Both the position numbers and the translations under genes were made by a program. A stretch of DNA of 64,000 bases, taken from the NCBI RefSeq assembly GCF_963921235.1, contig NC_086109.1:29078001-29142000 (forward strand). The letters are read 5' to 3'. Shown piece by piece: positions 13,180 through 24,947 of the stretch; the first letter of the stretch is position 1, and each line of letters begins with the position of its first letter. The notes under the pieces were generated by a model. It did no database searches, was not told the DNA's origin, and saw only the letters and a program-made list of their open reading frames with translations. This DNA comes from Mobula hypostoma. Its lineage: Eukaryota.

Positions 13180-14673
13180 CATAGAAACATAGAAAATAGG
13201 TGCAGGAGTAGGCCATTTGGTCCTTCGAGCCTGCACCGCCATTTATTATGATCATGGCTGATCATCCAACTCAGAATCCCGCCCCAGCCTTCCCTCTATA
13301 CCCCCTGACCCCTGTAGCCACAAGGGTCATATCTAACTCCCTCTTAAACATAGCCAATGAACTGGCCTCAACAGTTTCCTGTGGCAGAGAATTCCACAGA
13401 TTCACCGCTCTCTGTGTGAAGAAGTTTTTCCTAATCTCGGTCCTAAAAGGTTTCCCCTCTATCCTCAAACTGTGGCCCCTCGTTCTGGACTTCCCCAACA
13501 TCGGGAACAATCTTCCTGCATCTAGCCTGTCCAATCCATTTAGGATCTTATACGTTTCAATCAGATCCCCCCTCAATCTTCTAAATTCCAACGAGTACAA
13601 GCCCAGTTCATCCAGTCTTTCTTCATATGAAAGTCCTGCCATCCCAAGAATCAATCTGGTGAACCTTCTTTGTACTCCCTCTATGGCAAGGATGTCTTTC
13701 CTCAGATTAGGGGACCAAAGCTGCACACAATACTCCAGGTGTGGTCTCACCAAGGCCTTGTACAACTGCAGTAGTACCTCCCTACTCCTGTACTCGAATC
13801 CTCTCACTATAAATGCCAGCATACCATTCGCCTTTTTCACCGCCTGCTGTACCTGCATGCCCACTTTCAATGACTGGTGTATAATGACACCCAGGTCTCG
13901 TTGCACCTCCCCTTTTCCTAATCGGCCACCATTCAGATAATAATCTGTTTTCCTATTTTTGCCACCAAAGTGGATAACTTCACATTTATCCACATTAAAT
14001 TGCATCTGCCATGAATTTGCCCACTCACCCAACCTATCCAAGTTACTCTGCATCCTCTTAGCATCCTCCTCACAGCTAACACTGCCACCCAGCTTCGTGT
14101 CATCCGCAAACTTGGAGATGCTGCATTTAATTCCCTCATCCAAGTCATTAATATATATTGTAAACAACTGGGGTCCCAGCACTGAGCCTTGCGGTACCCC
14201 ACTAGTCACCGCCTGCCATTCTGAAAAGGTCCCGTTTATTCCCACTCTTTGCTTCCTGTCTGCTAACCAATTCTCCACCCACACCAATACCTTACCCCCA
14301 ATACCGTGTGCTTTAAGTTTGCACACTAATCTCCTGTGTGGGACCTTGTCAAAAGCCTTTTGAAAATCCAAATATACCACATCCACTGGTTCTCCCCTAT
14401 CCACTCTACTAGTTACATCCTCAAAAAATTCTATGAGATTCGTCAGACATGATTTTCCTTTCACAAATCCATGCTGACTTTGTCCGATCATTTCACCGCT
14501 TTCCAAATGTGCTGTTATCACATCCTTGATAACTGACTCCAGCAGTTTCCCCACCACCGACGTTAGGCTAACCGGTCTATAATTCCCCAGTTTTTCTCTC
14601 CCTCCTTTTTTAAAAAGTGGGGTTACATTAGCCACCCTCCAATCCTCAGGAACTAGTCCAGAATCTAACGAGT
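13180..14673 (-). mobile_element. Young 5'-truncated CR1 LINE, copy A
   Basis: (ATAGAAAC)n tail at 13180. Uninterrupted RT frame. 5' junction at about 14673 against an unrelated Rex/Babar fragment. Confidence 0.95.
13271..14673 (-). CDS. CR1 ORF2 reverse transcriptase domain and C-terminus (5'-truncated, no native start)
   Basis: Motifs VPEDWRVANVTPLFKKG, NYRPVSLTS, YLDFQKAFDKV, GVPQGSVLGP, SKFADDTK, RPHLEYC. Confidence 0.9.
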
Positions 14674-15177
14674 CCCCACCATTGAGCCCGTCTATACGAA
14701 ACACTGTAGCAGTCAACCAGCATCCATCATCGGGGTTATCGACCACCCAGAACGTGCTCTTGTCTCACTGCTGCCATCAGGAAGAAGGTATAGGAGCCTC
14801 AGGTTCAGGTGCAGTTAATAACCCTCAACAATAGGCTCCTGAACCAGAGATGATAACTTCACTCAACTTCCCAACTTCACTTGCCCCATCACTGAACTGT
14901 TCCCAAGACCTATGGACTCACTTTCAAGGACTCATCTCATGTTCTCAATATTAATTGTTTGTTTATATATTTATTATTAATGATTATTTATTCATTTTCA
15001 TTTATTTTGATATTTGCCTGGTTTGTTGTCTTTAGCACACTGGTTGTCCACCCTATTAGTACGTTTTTTTTTGCTGATTCTACCATGGTTATTGGATTTA
15101 ATGAGTATACATACACAAAAAAAAAATCCCAGGATTCTATATGGTGATACTTCAATAATAAATTAACTTTGAACTTT
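14674..15177 (+). mobile_element. Rex/Babar-type LINE 3' end
   Basis: Homologous to 20.7-21.1 kb and 59.96-60.49 kb. Ends aataaattaactttgaactttg. Confidence 0.7.
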
Positions 15178-15299
15178 GCTGCTTTGATTGCAAATGGGGA
15201 AGTACATTGTGGCGATTTGAGTACTATTTTCGAACTTGAGAAACAAAAAGAGATTGCTTAGTAACTGCCATGATGTGTAGAAATTGGTTGTTACATTTG

Positions 15300-16267
15300 C
15301 CACGGATATTCTGATCACTGATTCTCCACAAGGTTACGTGCCACTGTACTCACTGTACACTCGTGATCATTTAGCCAGATTTTACTCTAACTCCATCTAC
15401 AAATTTGGAGATGATACTGCTGTAGTGAGCCATATCTCATATAATGATGTGTCAGAGTACAGGAAAGTTTAGTGACAGAGAGTCGTGACAACAACCTTTT
15501 CCTCAGTGAGAATGAAACAAAAGAGCTGATCATTGACTTCAGAAAGGAGTGGTGCACATGCTCCTATCTACATTCAGTGTTGAGGTTGAGAGGGTTGAGA
15601 GCTTCAAGTTTCTAAGTGTGAACATCACCAGTGGCCTATCCCGATACAACCATATTGATGTCATGGGCAAGAAAACTCACCAACGGCCTCTTCTTTCTCA
15701 GGAGGCTCAAGAAATTTGGCATGTCCCCATCAACCGTTACCAATTTTTATCGATTTTTCTCAGAAAACATCCTGTCTGGATGCATAACAGCTGGGTATGC
15801 CAACTGCTCTGCGTGTGCCTGCAAGAAACTGCAGAGGGTTGTGGGTACAGCTCAGCACATCACAGGAATGAGCTTCCCCTCTATGGACTCTGTCTATATT
15901 TCTCAGTCTCAGTAAAGCAGCCAACATTATCAAAGACCCCACCCGACACAGATACTCTCTCTTTATCCCTCTCCCATCAGGCAGAAAATTTTTAAAAACT
16001 GGAAACACTCACCAGGCTCAAGGCCAGCTTTTATTGCATTGTTATTAGACTCTTATTGGAGCTCTATCGTTATGGTCATGCACTTTATCACTTACCTACA
16101 TTCCACTTTATTGATAGCTTTTACACTCCATTCTGCATTGTTATTGTGTTACCTTCTTCTAGCTCAATACACTGTGTAATGATTTGATCTATATACTGTA
16201 AACAGTACACAAGACAAATGATTCCTTGGATCTTGGTACACTTGACAATAATAAACTAATACCAATA
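15300..16267 (+). mobile_element. Rex/Babar-type LINE RT-to-3' remnant
   Basis: SPQG..PLYSLYT.D...NSIYKFGDDT (degenerate FADD), VERVESFKFL, FFLRRLKKFGMS, KKLQRVV. Confidence 0.85.
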
Positions 16268-16363
16268 CTTTACAAAAGTTTTATGCTTCTAAAGTATTCC
16301 ATTGGCTGTAAAATATTTTGGGATGGTCTGAAGCTACATGGTACTTGATAAATGCAAACTTAC

Positions 16364-16527
16364 CTCATTTTGTTTTTTTTTATGTAAGTGCTTATTTTAC
16401 TGGCATTCTGGTTTGCAGTGAATGGATCTTTTATCTGGTCAAATGTACCATCAAACAGGTAGTAACTGTGAGGGCCAGAATACCTGTAACCTAATCTGCT
16501 TTGAAAGCCTTCCACAACATTTGCACC
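16364..16527 (-). other. Candidate internal exon of an unidentified gene
   Basis: Acceptor cttctgcctaatacag|, donor GAG|gtaagt, 164 nt. Only one frame is open: GANVVEGFQSRLGYRYSGPHSYYLFDGTFDQIKDPFTANQNASKISTYIKKNKM. No homology recognised. Confidence 0.25.
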
Positions 16528-16756
16528 CTGTATTAGGCAGAAGTATATTGGAAGGCCTGTTAAAGTCCTGTATTTCGTTATGTAAGAGTGGTCTGCCTTC
16601 AATGTAATTCACTTGCAATTTTGTTCTTCAGTTTTTCTCTGCCCACCAAACTTCAACCCACCCCACGTACTTTGCTGGCTGGGAAACTATAGTTAAGGCC
16701 CAGAGGCATGAAATCTCAGTCAATCAGACTGCTTTTCAAAAAAATAGCTCAATTTA

Positions 16757-16930
16757 GAAAACCATAGAAAAACCATAGAAACACCATAGAAACCATAGAA
16801 ACTACAGGACAGAAACAGGCCTTTTGGCCCTTCTTGGTTGTGCCGAACCATTCTCTGCCTAGTCCCACTGACCTGCACACGGACCATATCCCTCCATACA
16901 CCTCCCATCCATGTATCTGTCCAATTTAAT
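16757..16930 (-). mobile_element. Short CR1 3' end with (ACCATAGAA)n tail
   Basis: Four accatagaa units followed by cagaaacaggccttttggccc. Confidence 0.75.
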
Positions 16931-17099
16931 AGAAACTGTTCATTTTAATAATTTCTTTTATGTTTATAATTAATTTTATGAATAAAACACTAAACAGGAA
17001 CTATGCCATCAAATCAATACATTCATTGTACCATCAAAACAATGCATTAATTTTATCATTAAAACAATGCATTTTACCTACAATACATCAAAGCCACTT

Positions 17100-17640
17100 A
17101 TGTTTCCTCTTTACACAATACATCCATGAAGTGGATGAGAGATTAAATACAGGACCTAGCTCCTCAGTGTCCAATGGTGGCAGGACCTTATATTGTGACC
17201 TTTCCCCATACAGCTGTTATGGTGGTTTATTGAGTTTCAGTATGAACCAGGGCACATACTTTTGGGCCCTTGCATATACCAGTGAGCTGCATTTACTAAC
17301 AGACATCTCACTACACTGGAAGATCAATGGGTTTTGGGAAGACCGCAGTACATCTTTCACCAACTCGGTGACATTTCAGCAGTGGTTGATGTTTGTCTTC
17401 GGATGCATCCCTGGGAACAGACTGTTATGAAGCTGCTCGCAGCAATTCTCGACAAAAACCTTTGCGTTTTTTCCCAGACATCCTTAGCAAAAGTAAAGCC
17501 CACAAACAGACTGACTATTTTCTTTTGGATCTTTCAGTTTTACCATATGATAAAGTTTTGTTTGAGGGGCAATTTATTTCAGATCGTTAGTCTATCAAAC
17601 ACATCCCTGTCGTGTGCCTGTGACAGTCAATATGCCTTTT
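17100..17640 (-). mobile_element. Degenerate Tx1-clade LINE ORF2 C-terminus
   Basis: Frameshifted minus-strand reading FAKDVWEKTQRFLSR...LFPGMHPKTNIN...VKDVLRSSQNPLIFQCSEMS resembles the Tx1-type C-terminus. Confidence 0.65.
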
Positions 17641-18489
17641 GCCAACACTATTAGTACATTGCTGAAGAATTTGCTGGTGATATTTCTCTTGATGTTATAT
17701 TTAATTTTTTTAACACATCTAACGTGTTCACTCCAAGTACTCACAGTTAGGACAGTATGAATTTCAGAAAATGAATTGTTCTTCTGAAGCATCTACTAAA
17801 CCTCTTTTTATTTCTCCTGAATTAAAGCATAACTGATATAAGGAAATGTTTTTCTAAATGTATCAGTAATGCATAAAAGCAGATAAAATTTTTATTCTCC
17901 ACAGACGCCTCCAGCATTGAGCTTTAAACCTCAATAGGTACTGTTCAGAAGAGCAAGAGAGAAGTTTTGCTTTGAAGTCATTAGAGTCTAACCACAAAAT
18001 AAATATATTTATAAGCTCTTTTAACAGGTTAGTGTCTCCTCAAAATAAACAGCTGATCTTCAAGCAGGTTGAGAAATAGTATATTGAACTCTTGTATTCT
18101 GAGAGAACTTTTGCAGTGAAACTACTTTCCTTGCATGGTGGTGGTATGTGTTTCAATGTGTGCAACTTAGTAGCCTAGATTTAATTGTTGCACAGAATAT
18201 AAGAACAGAATTGGGTTGAAAGCAAGAAGAAGCCTTTCAGAAGAAACTAAGGTGGAAACGCATTCTGCAATCAGTCTCAAGTAGCTTAATCTAGTTCTCA
18301 GTTTTGGCTAATCATGACAAAATGAGTTTGTTCCTCATTTCAGGTATCTAATGTTTCAAACTGTGCTGAAAGGGAAATTATTTTGATTGAGTCTTCTGAC
18401 AAAGAATGCAATTTTCTTTAGAAATCATGGATAATTTGGTAATTAGAAGCTGGATATTTCAATGATTATGCCATTTTCGGGATTCAACC

Positions 18490-18800
18490 CACGGTGTCAA
18501 AGCAGTTAGCATGACACCAACACAGCTTGGAGCTTTCCGAATTTTGGAGTTAAATTCTTATACAGTCTATAAAGAGTTTGTATGTCCTGCCCATGTACCA
18601 TATAGGTTTCCTTTGGGTGCTCCAGTTTCCTTCCACTGTCCAAAGACAAACTGGTTAGTTGGTTAATTGGTCATTGCATATTGTCCTGTGATTAGGATGA
18701 GGTTAAATAGGTGGGTTGCTAGGCGATGCAACTAGTTGGGCCAGAAGGGCCTGTTCCGCACTATATCCCCAAATAAATAAAAATAAAAAATAAATAAACA
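18490..18800 (+). mobile_element. V-SINE (HE1-like) copy
   Basis: V-domain-like ggtttcctttgggtgctccagtttccttccactgtccaaagac and an A-rich tail. Related copies at about 37610-37960, 55388-56245 and 60500-60700. Confidence 0.75.
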
Positions 18801-19298
18801 CAAGACAAATAATATACCTTTATCTGAAATAAGATAGTTATCCTCCTTTACTTCACATTTCCCTATTTCCTGAAACATAGCTGTTACAAAACAAGTTTCC
18901 TATTGGAATCAAATTATTTCTGGACATTATTAATAAAATTCCTCTAGTTAAATAGTTAATGCAACAATCAGCAAGGGGTTTAATTAAGTAAACCAAAAAC
19001 ATCTCAGCATATTTGCTTTAGGGTTTTTGCATATTACAGGGAGTAAATTGGATTGCTCCCTTCCCTTCCCTGAAAATGACAACATGGAGTACAATGTACA
19101 ATTAACCTACTCTTCTGTCGTGCAGTACTACAGTTTGGTCTTGTCTGCTAATTCACATGACTGGGATGGTGATAGGAACTACTACTTGTACAGCTGAGTG
19201 TCAGTGTTACTCAGCAGGGTTCCAGTATTGAGGGAAGTTGATATAATGTATCACCACTGTCTATTATTTAAAGTCACTGCAGCCGTGGGATATCTTAA

Positions 19299-19950
19299 CC
19301 CTTACATACAGTTCATATTCTATACCTTCACAGTATGGTCTGGGTCAATTTTGACCCAGCCCAACAATCCCCTCATAACAAGTGTCTATACCAAATTTTG
19401 AACCACAGATCTACTTAGAATGTATTATAGCCTATATGACATTAATAAATGGGTGATTAATCCTTAATTAACATTTCAGAGATGTAAAATCCATCTGTAC
19501 GGATCCTGACCCGGATCTGGGCCGTACCCTCCAAATATCTGGACCTGACTCTTGGTGTTTTTGCACTATCTTACTTTCCCTTTTCTATTTTCTATTTATG
19601 ATTTATAATTTAAATTTTTAATATTTACTATCGATTTGTACTCCAGGGAGCGTGAAGCGCAGAATCAAATATCGCTATGATGATTGTACGCTCTAATATC
19701 AATTGTTGGGCGACAATAGAGTATATAAAGCAATAGATATGGGTCAAATTTGACTCATAACAGCCTCAATGTACAAAAATTTGTAGCAGCTGTACAAAAG
19801 TATAAAACTTCTAAATATTTTCATTTTTGCGCATTTTGGGTCACTTTAGGAAAAGACATCAAATTTTGGCAAAAAAAATGGCATTTGGGGTGTTTTTACT
19901 GCTGTCAAATGTCAAAAAGGGTCAAATTTGACCCAAACAGTATGTAAGAG
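19299..19950. mobile_element. piggyBac-like MITE with nested LINE 3' end (about 19475-19730)
   Basis: Left TTAA then cccttacatacagtt; right end aacagtatgtaagag (13/15 inverted match). Three subterminal gggtcaaatttgaccc-type palindromes. Right flank is ctag rather than ttaa. Confidence 0.6.
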
Positions 19951-20699
19951 CTAGAGGAAAAAATACAAACTTTGGAAGAACTAAATGAGTCAGGCAGCGT
20001 CTGAGGAGGAAAGGGCTGTCGAAGTTTCTGACGGCATGACTTACTTCTGGAACTTATTTTGGACTGTGAAGATATTGGTAGAAGTAAAGAAGACAGAAAC
20101 AAAGATTAGCTTTATTTGTCACATGTGCATCAAAACATAGAGTGAAATGTGTCATTTGCGTCAATAGCCAACACAGTCCAATGATGTATTGTGGGTAGCC
20201 CGCAAGTGTCTCCATGTTTCAGGTGCCAACATAGCCTGGCCACAAATTACTACCCTAACCCTTACACCTTTGGAATGTGAGAGAAAACCAGAGCGCACAG
20301 AGGAAATGCATGTGATCATGGGGAGATTGTACAAATTCCTTATAGACAACAGTGGGAACTGATCCGCAGGTAATGTAAAGCGTTACTCTAGTTGCTACAT
20401 TGCTGTACTGCCTAACTCCATGACAAAGCACCATGAGAGCATCTTGAATAAAGAGTTCTTCGGCATTTTAAAAACCTTACTGAAAGCCTGTTCCATCTGA
20501 TTGATATCTAACTACCCCACATCTTGTGAACAGTCAGAAAGTTGGCAAGTTGCCTACTACTTAAGATGTAAATATTACTAAAGGAAATGATGCACAAGAT
20601 GGACAATGAAGTACTGTTCAGTTTAGAAGTCTGAAGGTGCAAGGAAGATTGTTCTCAAAATGTTGAGTGTGGGCCTTCATATAAAGTGATATATATGTT

Positions 20700-21110
20700 T
20701 GGTGGAGAGTATATTGACTGGTTATATCACAGCCTGGTAGGGAAACACCAATGCCCTTGAATGGAAAAGCCTACAAAAGTAGTGGATACAGCCTAGTCCA
20801 TCACAGGTAATGCCCTGCCCAGCATTGAGCACATCTACATGGAGCGTTGTCACAGCAAAGAAACATCCATCATCAAGGATCCCTTCCATCCAGGCCTTGC
20901 TCTGTTTTCACTGCTGCCATCAGGAAGAAATACAGGAGCCTCACGACTCACTCTACCAGATTCAGGAGCAGTATTGTACTCTTCAACCATCAGGCCCTTG
21001 AACCAGAGAGGAGAACTTCATTCAATTTTACTCACCCCAACACTATGGACTCACTTTTCAAGGACTCTTCATCTCATGTTCTCGATGTTTATTCCTTATT
21101 TATTTATATA
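20700..21110 (+). mobile_element. Rex/Babar-type LINE 3' remnant
   Basis: ORF 20839-21147 SIIKDPFHPGLALFSLLPSGR. Confidence 0.75.
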
Positions 21111-21491
21111 TATATATTTTTTCTCATCTCCAGCTGGTAAAACCTAAAGTACAACATAGCCAAGCACACTTACTTCTCAATTGCCAGGAACTTTCAGACG
21201 ATTGGAGTGGTTATTATTGTGGCTTTCTGGAGATTTACGTACAGTAGATATTACTGTGTATTCCTAATTGTCTAATGCTATTGTGTCTTGACTTTGGGAT
21301 GATACCAGTTGTAGATATGACTATTCAGACAATGTATACCTAAACTCTTTTTGTCTGTTACTCCCCTTCCTCCTCCTAAGGTAGTGTTAATCTAAGTGTG
21401 TTCGCATGTACACAGAGTTTGCTAACATTTGTCACTTCAAATAAACTCCTCTTGGGCTTCCAGCAGGGTTCAGGTATTAATTATCACTGAT

Positions 21492-21891
21492 TTTTTTTTC
21501 CAAAAATACTTTATTCAGAAATACTACAAAATAAAGTCATTTACAAAAAAAAAACATTCGTTGACTCTGAGCCCTTATTCAATAAATAAAGTTATTTACA
21601 ATAAAATTATGCATTGACTTTCAGTCCATATTCAAATGAAAGATGTTTACAATAAACATCAGCTGTGGGAGCTGCTTGAAGATGACCTGCCACTCGCTCT
21701 GCACGGGAGAGGCGTACACGTTGTTCAGCCAGAGCAGAGTGCCCCGGTATTTGACGTCTGCTACCAGGAGGCGCCCCGCAACCACCTCTTTAACTTGGGT
21801 GATTGAGAAGTTGCCTCCCCGCAGCAGTATCCCCAGGCCGGAAGCGTGACAATCGTTGCCCCCCGACCACACAGACAAACTCTGGGACACC
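21492..21891 (-). mobile_element. Bipartite Tx1-clade derivative: endonuclease fragment joined directly to 3'UTR and poly(A)
   Basis: WSGGNDCHASGLGILLRG...EVVAGRLLVADV...NVYASP (APE-type). 3' end tctgaataaagtatttttgg(A)n. Putative TSD cactgat/cgccgat. Confidence 0.8.
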
Positions 21892-21937
21892 CGCCGATGT
21901 TTCGATGACAAACTCTGCCATCTTCATCAGGAATGAT
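21892..21937 (-). ncRNA. Hammerhead ribozyme-like motif of the second PLE family
   Basis: Minus strand cattc CTGATGA a gatggca-gagtt-tgtcatc GAAA c ATC ggcg, with a 7-bp stem II. Confidence 0.6.
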
Positions 21938-23799
21938 GCATGGGTGTGTCTAGTCTGGTGGTATTTATACACCCTGTACTATGTCCCTCCTGATTGGTTA
22001 ATCCTCATCCAATCAGGTTTCTGGTCTCTCACTTTGTTTACAATGGAATTCCAGTTCTTACTTAGAGCGATAGCTTCATCTTTGTTAAAATTCTTTTCCT
22101 GTATTTTTATTTCAATGGCTTCCTTAACCAGTTGGTCCCAAAAACCATTGGCACAGCACAGTAATTTGCTACCATCAAGGCCAAACCTACGGCCATTGCA
22201 AATGCAATGTACTGCTACCATTGATTTCTCTGAGTAACCCAAACGGGTACACCTCCTGTGATTCTTGATGCGGCTTTCCACCATACATCCCATTCTGGCT
22301 GATGCACACTGCTCCGCATTCACAGAGAAATCTGTAAATGCCAGTCGACCTGAGTCCCAGGTCATCTTTGACCCTCATAATCTGTGATTTGAACTTCCTT
22401 ATGAGTTTGTGGATGATATTTCTTCAGGATCCTGGTGATCCTTGCTGAAAATGTGGAAATATAGGGGAGACTGGCGATAGTGATGGGTTCCTTTCCTGGT
22501 TTTCCTGTCAGAAGAAGGAAACCAATTGGGCCCTTACAAGGTCTGAAAGAAAATTACTTTGTTAATCACACTTTTTCTGGCAATCAATTATTGCAGGTAC
22601 TCTATGACTTCCCTTTGGACTTGGAGGCAATTGGATGTGGTAGAACTGAAGCCAGGCTAGGAGGTGGGCCCATCACCAACAGCAGGGAAGACCAAAGTTC
22701 AATCAGTTCAAGCGTCATGCTGAAGGTCAAATTGAGGTGCTGAGATCCAGGCGCCAGAGTGTTCTGATTTGACTGAACTGGATATTTGGATTGAGACTTG
22801 AGGGCAGGGCTAAATTGGAAAGACCGGGTACAGGCCGGGTCAAGATGGCGGGGTCCTGGCCCCAGAGTGTTTGGAGGCCAGTGTTTGGATGTCGATTTAG
22901 GTGCTGGATCAAATTGAAAAGCTCAGGGTGTCAGGCCCAAGGCCAAGGATAGGCCAATTCAGCTCACTGCTCCATGACACGGCTGTGTGCTGATCTATGG
23001 GACTCTTTTTGCGGACTTCAGTTCAGAATGCTATTTGTTTGTGGTTACTGATTGCATGGTATGTTTTCTTCTTTTGGCATGTTGGGTGTCCAATGGTCTT
23101 TTTTATGGGCGTGATGTGTTTTTGTTTCTCTCCTGCACACTGAGTGTTCAATGGCATTCTTTTTTATATATGGGCTCTTGGTTTCATAGCTGCCCATTAG
23201 GACTTTGGAGATGAAGATTGTATGATATATAAATACTTTGACAATAAATGTACTTTGAACTTTTGAACAGCAGTATTGATAACCACTAGTATCTACAACC
23301 ATGTAGTTTTCTTTCTTGATATCTGACTATTGTATGATAAACACAGATATGGAAATTAAGTTGAGTTGATAAATTAGCTGGAGGACTTTGCTCATCAAGC
23401 TGAAGGGAGTTAATAATGTTGAGCAAATTCCTGGATCAGAGATTAAAGCTAAACCTTTATCTACACTCAGCAGATTAGTATTTGAGCAGACTGATCATTC
23501 TGATACCCCTTTTTCTTGATACACTCCTCTGCAGTTAACTTTTCCTATTTCATGCCACTGCAGGTTACAAAAGAAATGAAATAATAGGATAAATTGTGCA
23601 GGGGTACATTTTTAATTGTAAGTGGAATATTTTCAGATTCATAGATAAATTTTAACAAAGCAAATCCTTGAGATGGTGAGAGTATTAATCAGGGATAGGT
23701 TATGGTATTATTAATAGGGTCAGTCAGAATTTGATTTTATCCATTGGATTGTAGGATGGCCTGATATGAAAAATGATTGCACAAAATAAGCAGGAAATA

Positions 23800-24548
23800 C
23801 CACGGATCTTGGTTAATTGGGACACATTTGGACCAGTACATTTTAGCCCAATTAAGTGGCTGCCCCCAATTAGCTGAAGTTTCACAGAAATTGTTAAAAA
23901 GGTATATAAAAAAGACAAACTATTGTTCAACTGAGTAGCGAATTGAATTTAAATGAAATACAGAACAAATTATAACACTATCAATGCTATTACAGTACTA
24001 TAAAATGGTGTATAGATTGTAATAGTTATCGATGGAGGAATTCATTCAGTGTACCCTGGTGCGTTTTTTTGATTGACTGTAAATAAACAAAATCATTGCA
24101 GACACCTAGTATGCAGTGGATAATGGACTGCTTTCATACAATGCTATCAATGATCGTGTTCTCCAAATCTTCATTTTCATTGTAATATTCAGGATGATTG
24201 TTGATACCTTTAAATTCTTCATAGCTCCTAATTTTATTAAGTAGTGAAATTGGCACTCATTTTCACTCCCGGCTGTTTCAGGCATCTCCAAGCCTGAATG
24301 CTTGCAACTGATACTATTTAAAAATAGTTCACTCTAAGCACAGTGTACTATCTAATGTCCACACAATTGCACAACTGATGCTACTTAGAAAATGTTCAGT
24401 AAGTGTCTCACACTGTAAGTAAATCGCATAAGTCCCAAATAAATGAAAGGAATCCCAGCTATTTTTCGATTAGTTTTCAACTTTAAGAGTTGTTCCAAAT
24501 AAGCTGTTGCCTTGATTAACTGATGATCCAGTTAACTGGAATCCATTG
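23800..24548. mobile_element. Tc1/mariner (Tigger/pogo-like) non-autonomous element
   Basis: TA-flanked imperfect TIRs ccacggatcttggttaattggga / tccagttaactggaatccattg. Confidence 0.6.
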
Positions 24549-24947
24549 TATTCACATGGATTTTCATCTAAGGTTAGGCTTATCAGACAAATTAGTGGAG
24601 ACTACAAAAGCACTGATGGGGAAATAGATGCATTTAGTCCTTGTCAAAGTCAAACTTGAGTTTATTATAAAATGCAAAGGTAAATGTATACACAGATGCA
24701 AATTAAAATTTACTTGCAGCAGCATCACAGACACATTCTATCATATAAGCACCATTTGCAATGAAAACAAAAATTCAATGAAAATTATATACAATTTTCA
24801 CCAAAAAGAACACAATAAAATAAAGTCATATGTGTTAATGTGAATTATCCCCTCTGCTTCACAGTGATGTAGTACAATAAACGTTTCCATATTCTGATGA
24901 CTATCAGAAAAATGTATTATGATTATAACTGAACGATATTTTTGTCC

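Larger units (their letters stand above)
21440..22510 (-). mobile_element. Penelope-like element (second family), GIY-YIG remnant and terminal repeat, split by a Tx1 insert
   Basis: ORF pieces VKDDLGLRSTGIYRFLCECGAVCI and RIKNHRRCTRLGYSEKSMVAVH...LVKEAIEIK...NFNKDE. Confidence 0.85.

Noticed and set aside
13248-14363. Plus-strand ORFs of 230 and 134 aa, and equivalents at 34.5-35.6 kb
   Set aside because: Antisense shadow frames of the CR1 RT. The 230-aa frame is broken in copy B.
14674-14746. N-terminal extension of the 491-aa ORF suggesting a complete gene
   Set aside because: It starts at GTG within an adjacent antisense Rex/Babar fragment, so it is a chance read-through.
16757-16805. 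Short tandem repeats resembling a CRISPR-like array, also at 841, 13180 and 34436
   Set aside because: These are 8-10-bp CR1 3' tail microsatellites without spacers, in a eukaryotic context.
16960-17654. Plus-strand ORFs of 156, 106 and 65 aa as host exons
   Set aside because: The opposite strand matches a decayed Tx1 ORF2 C-terminus.
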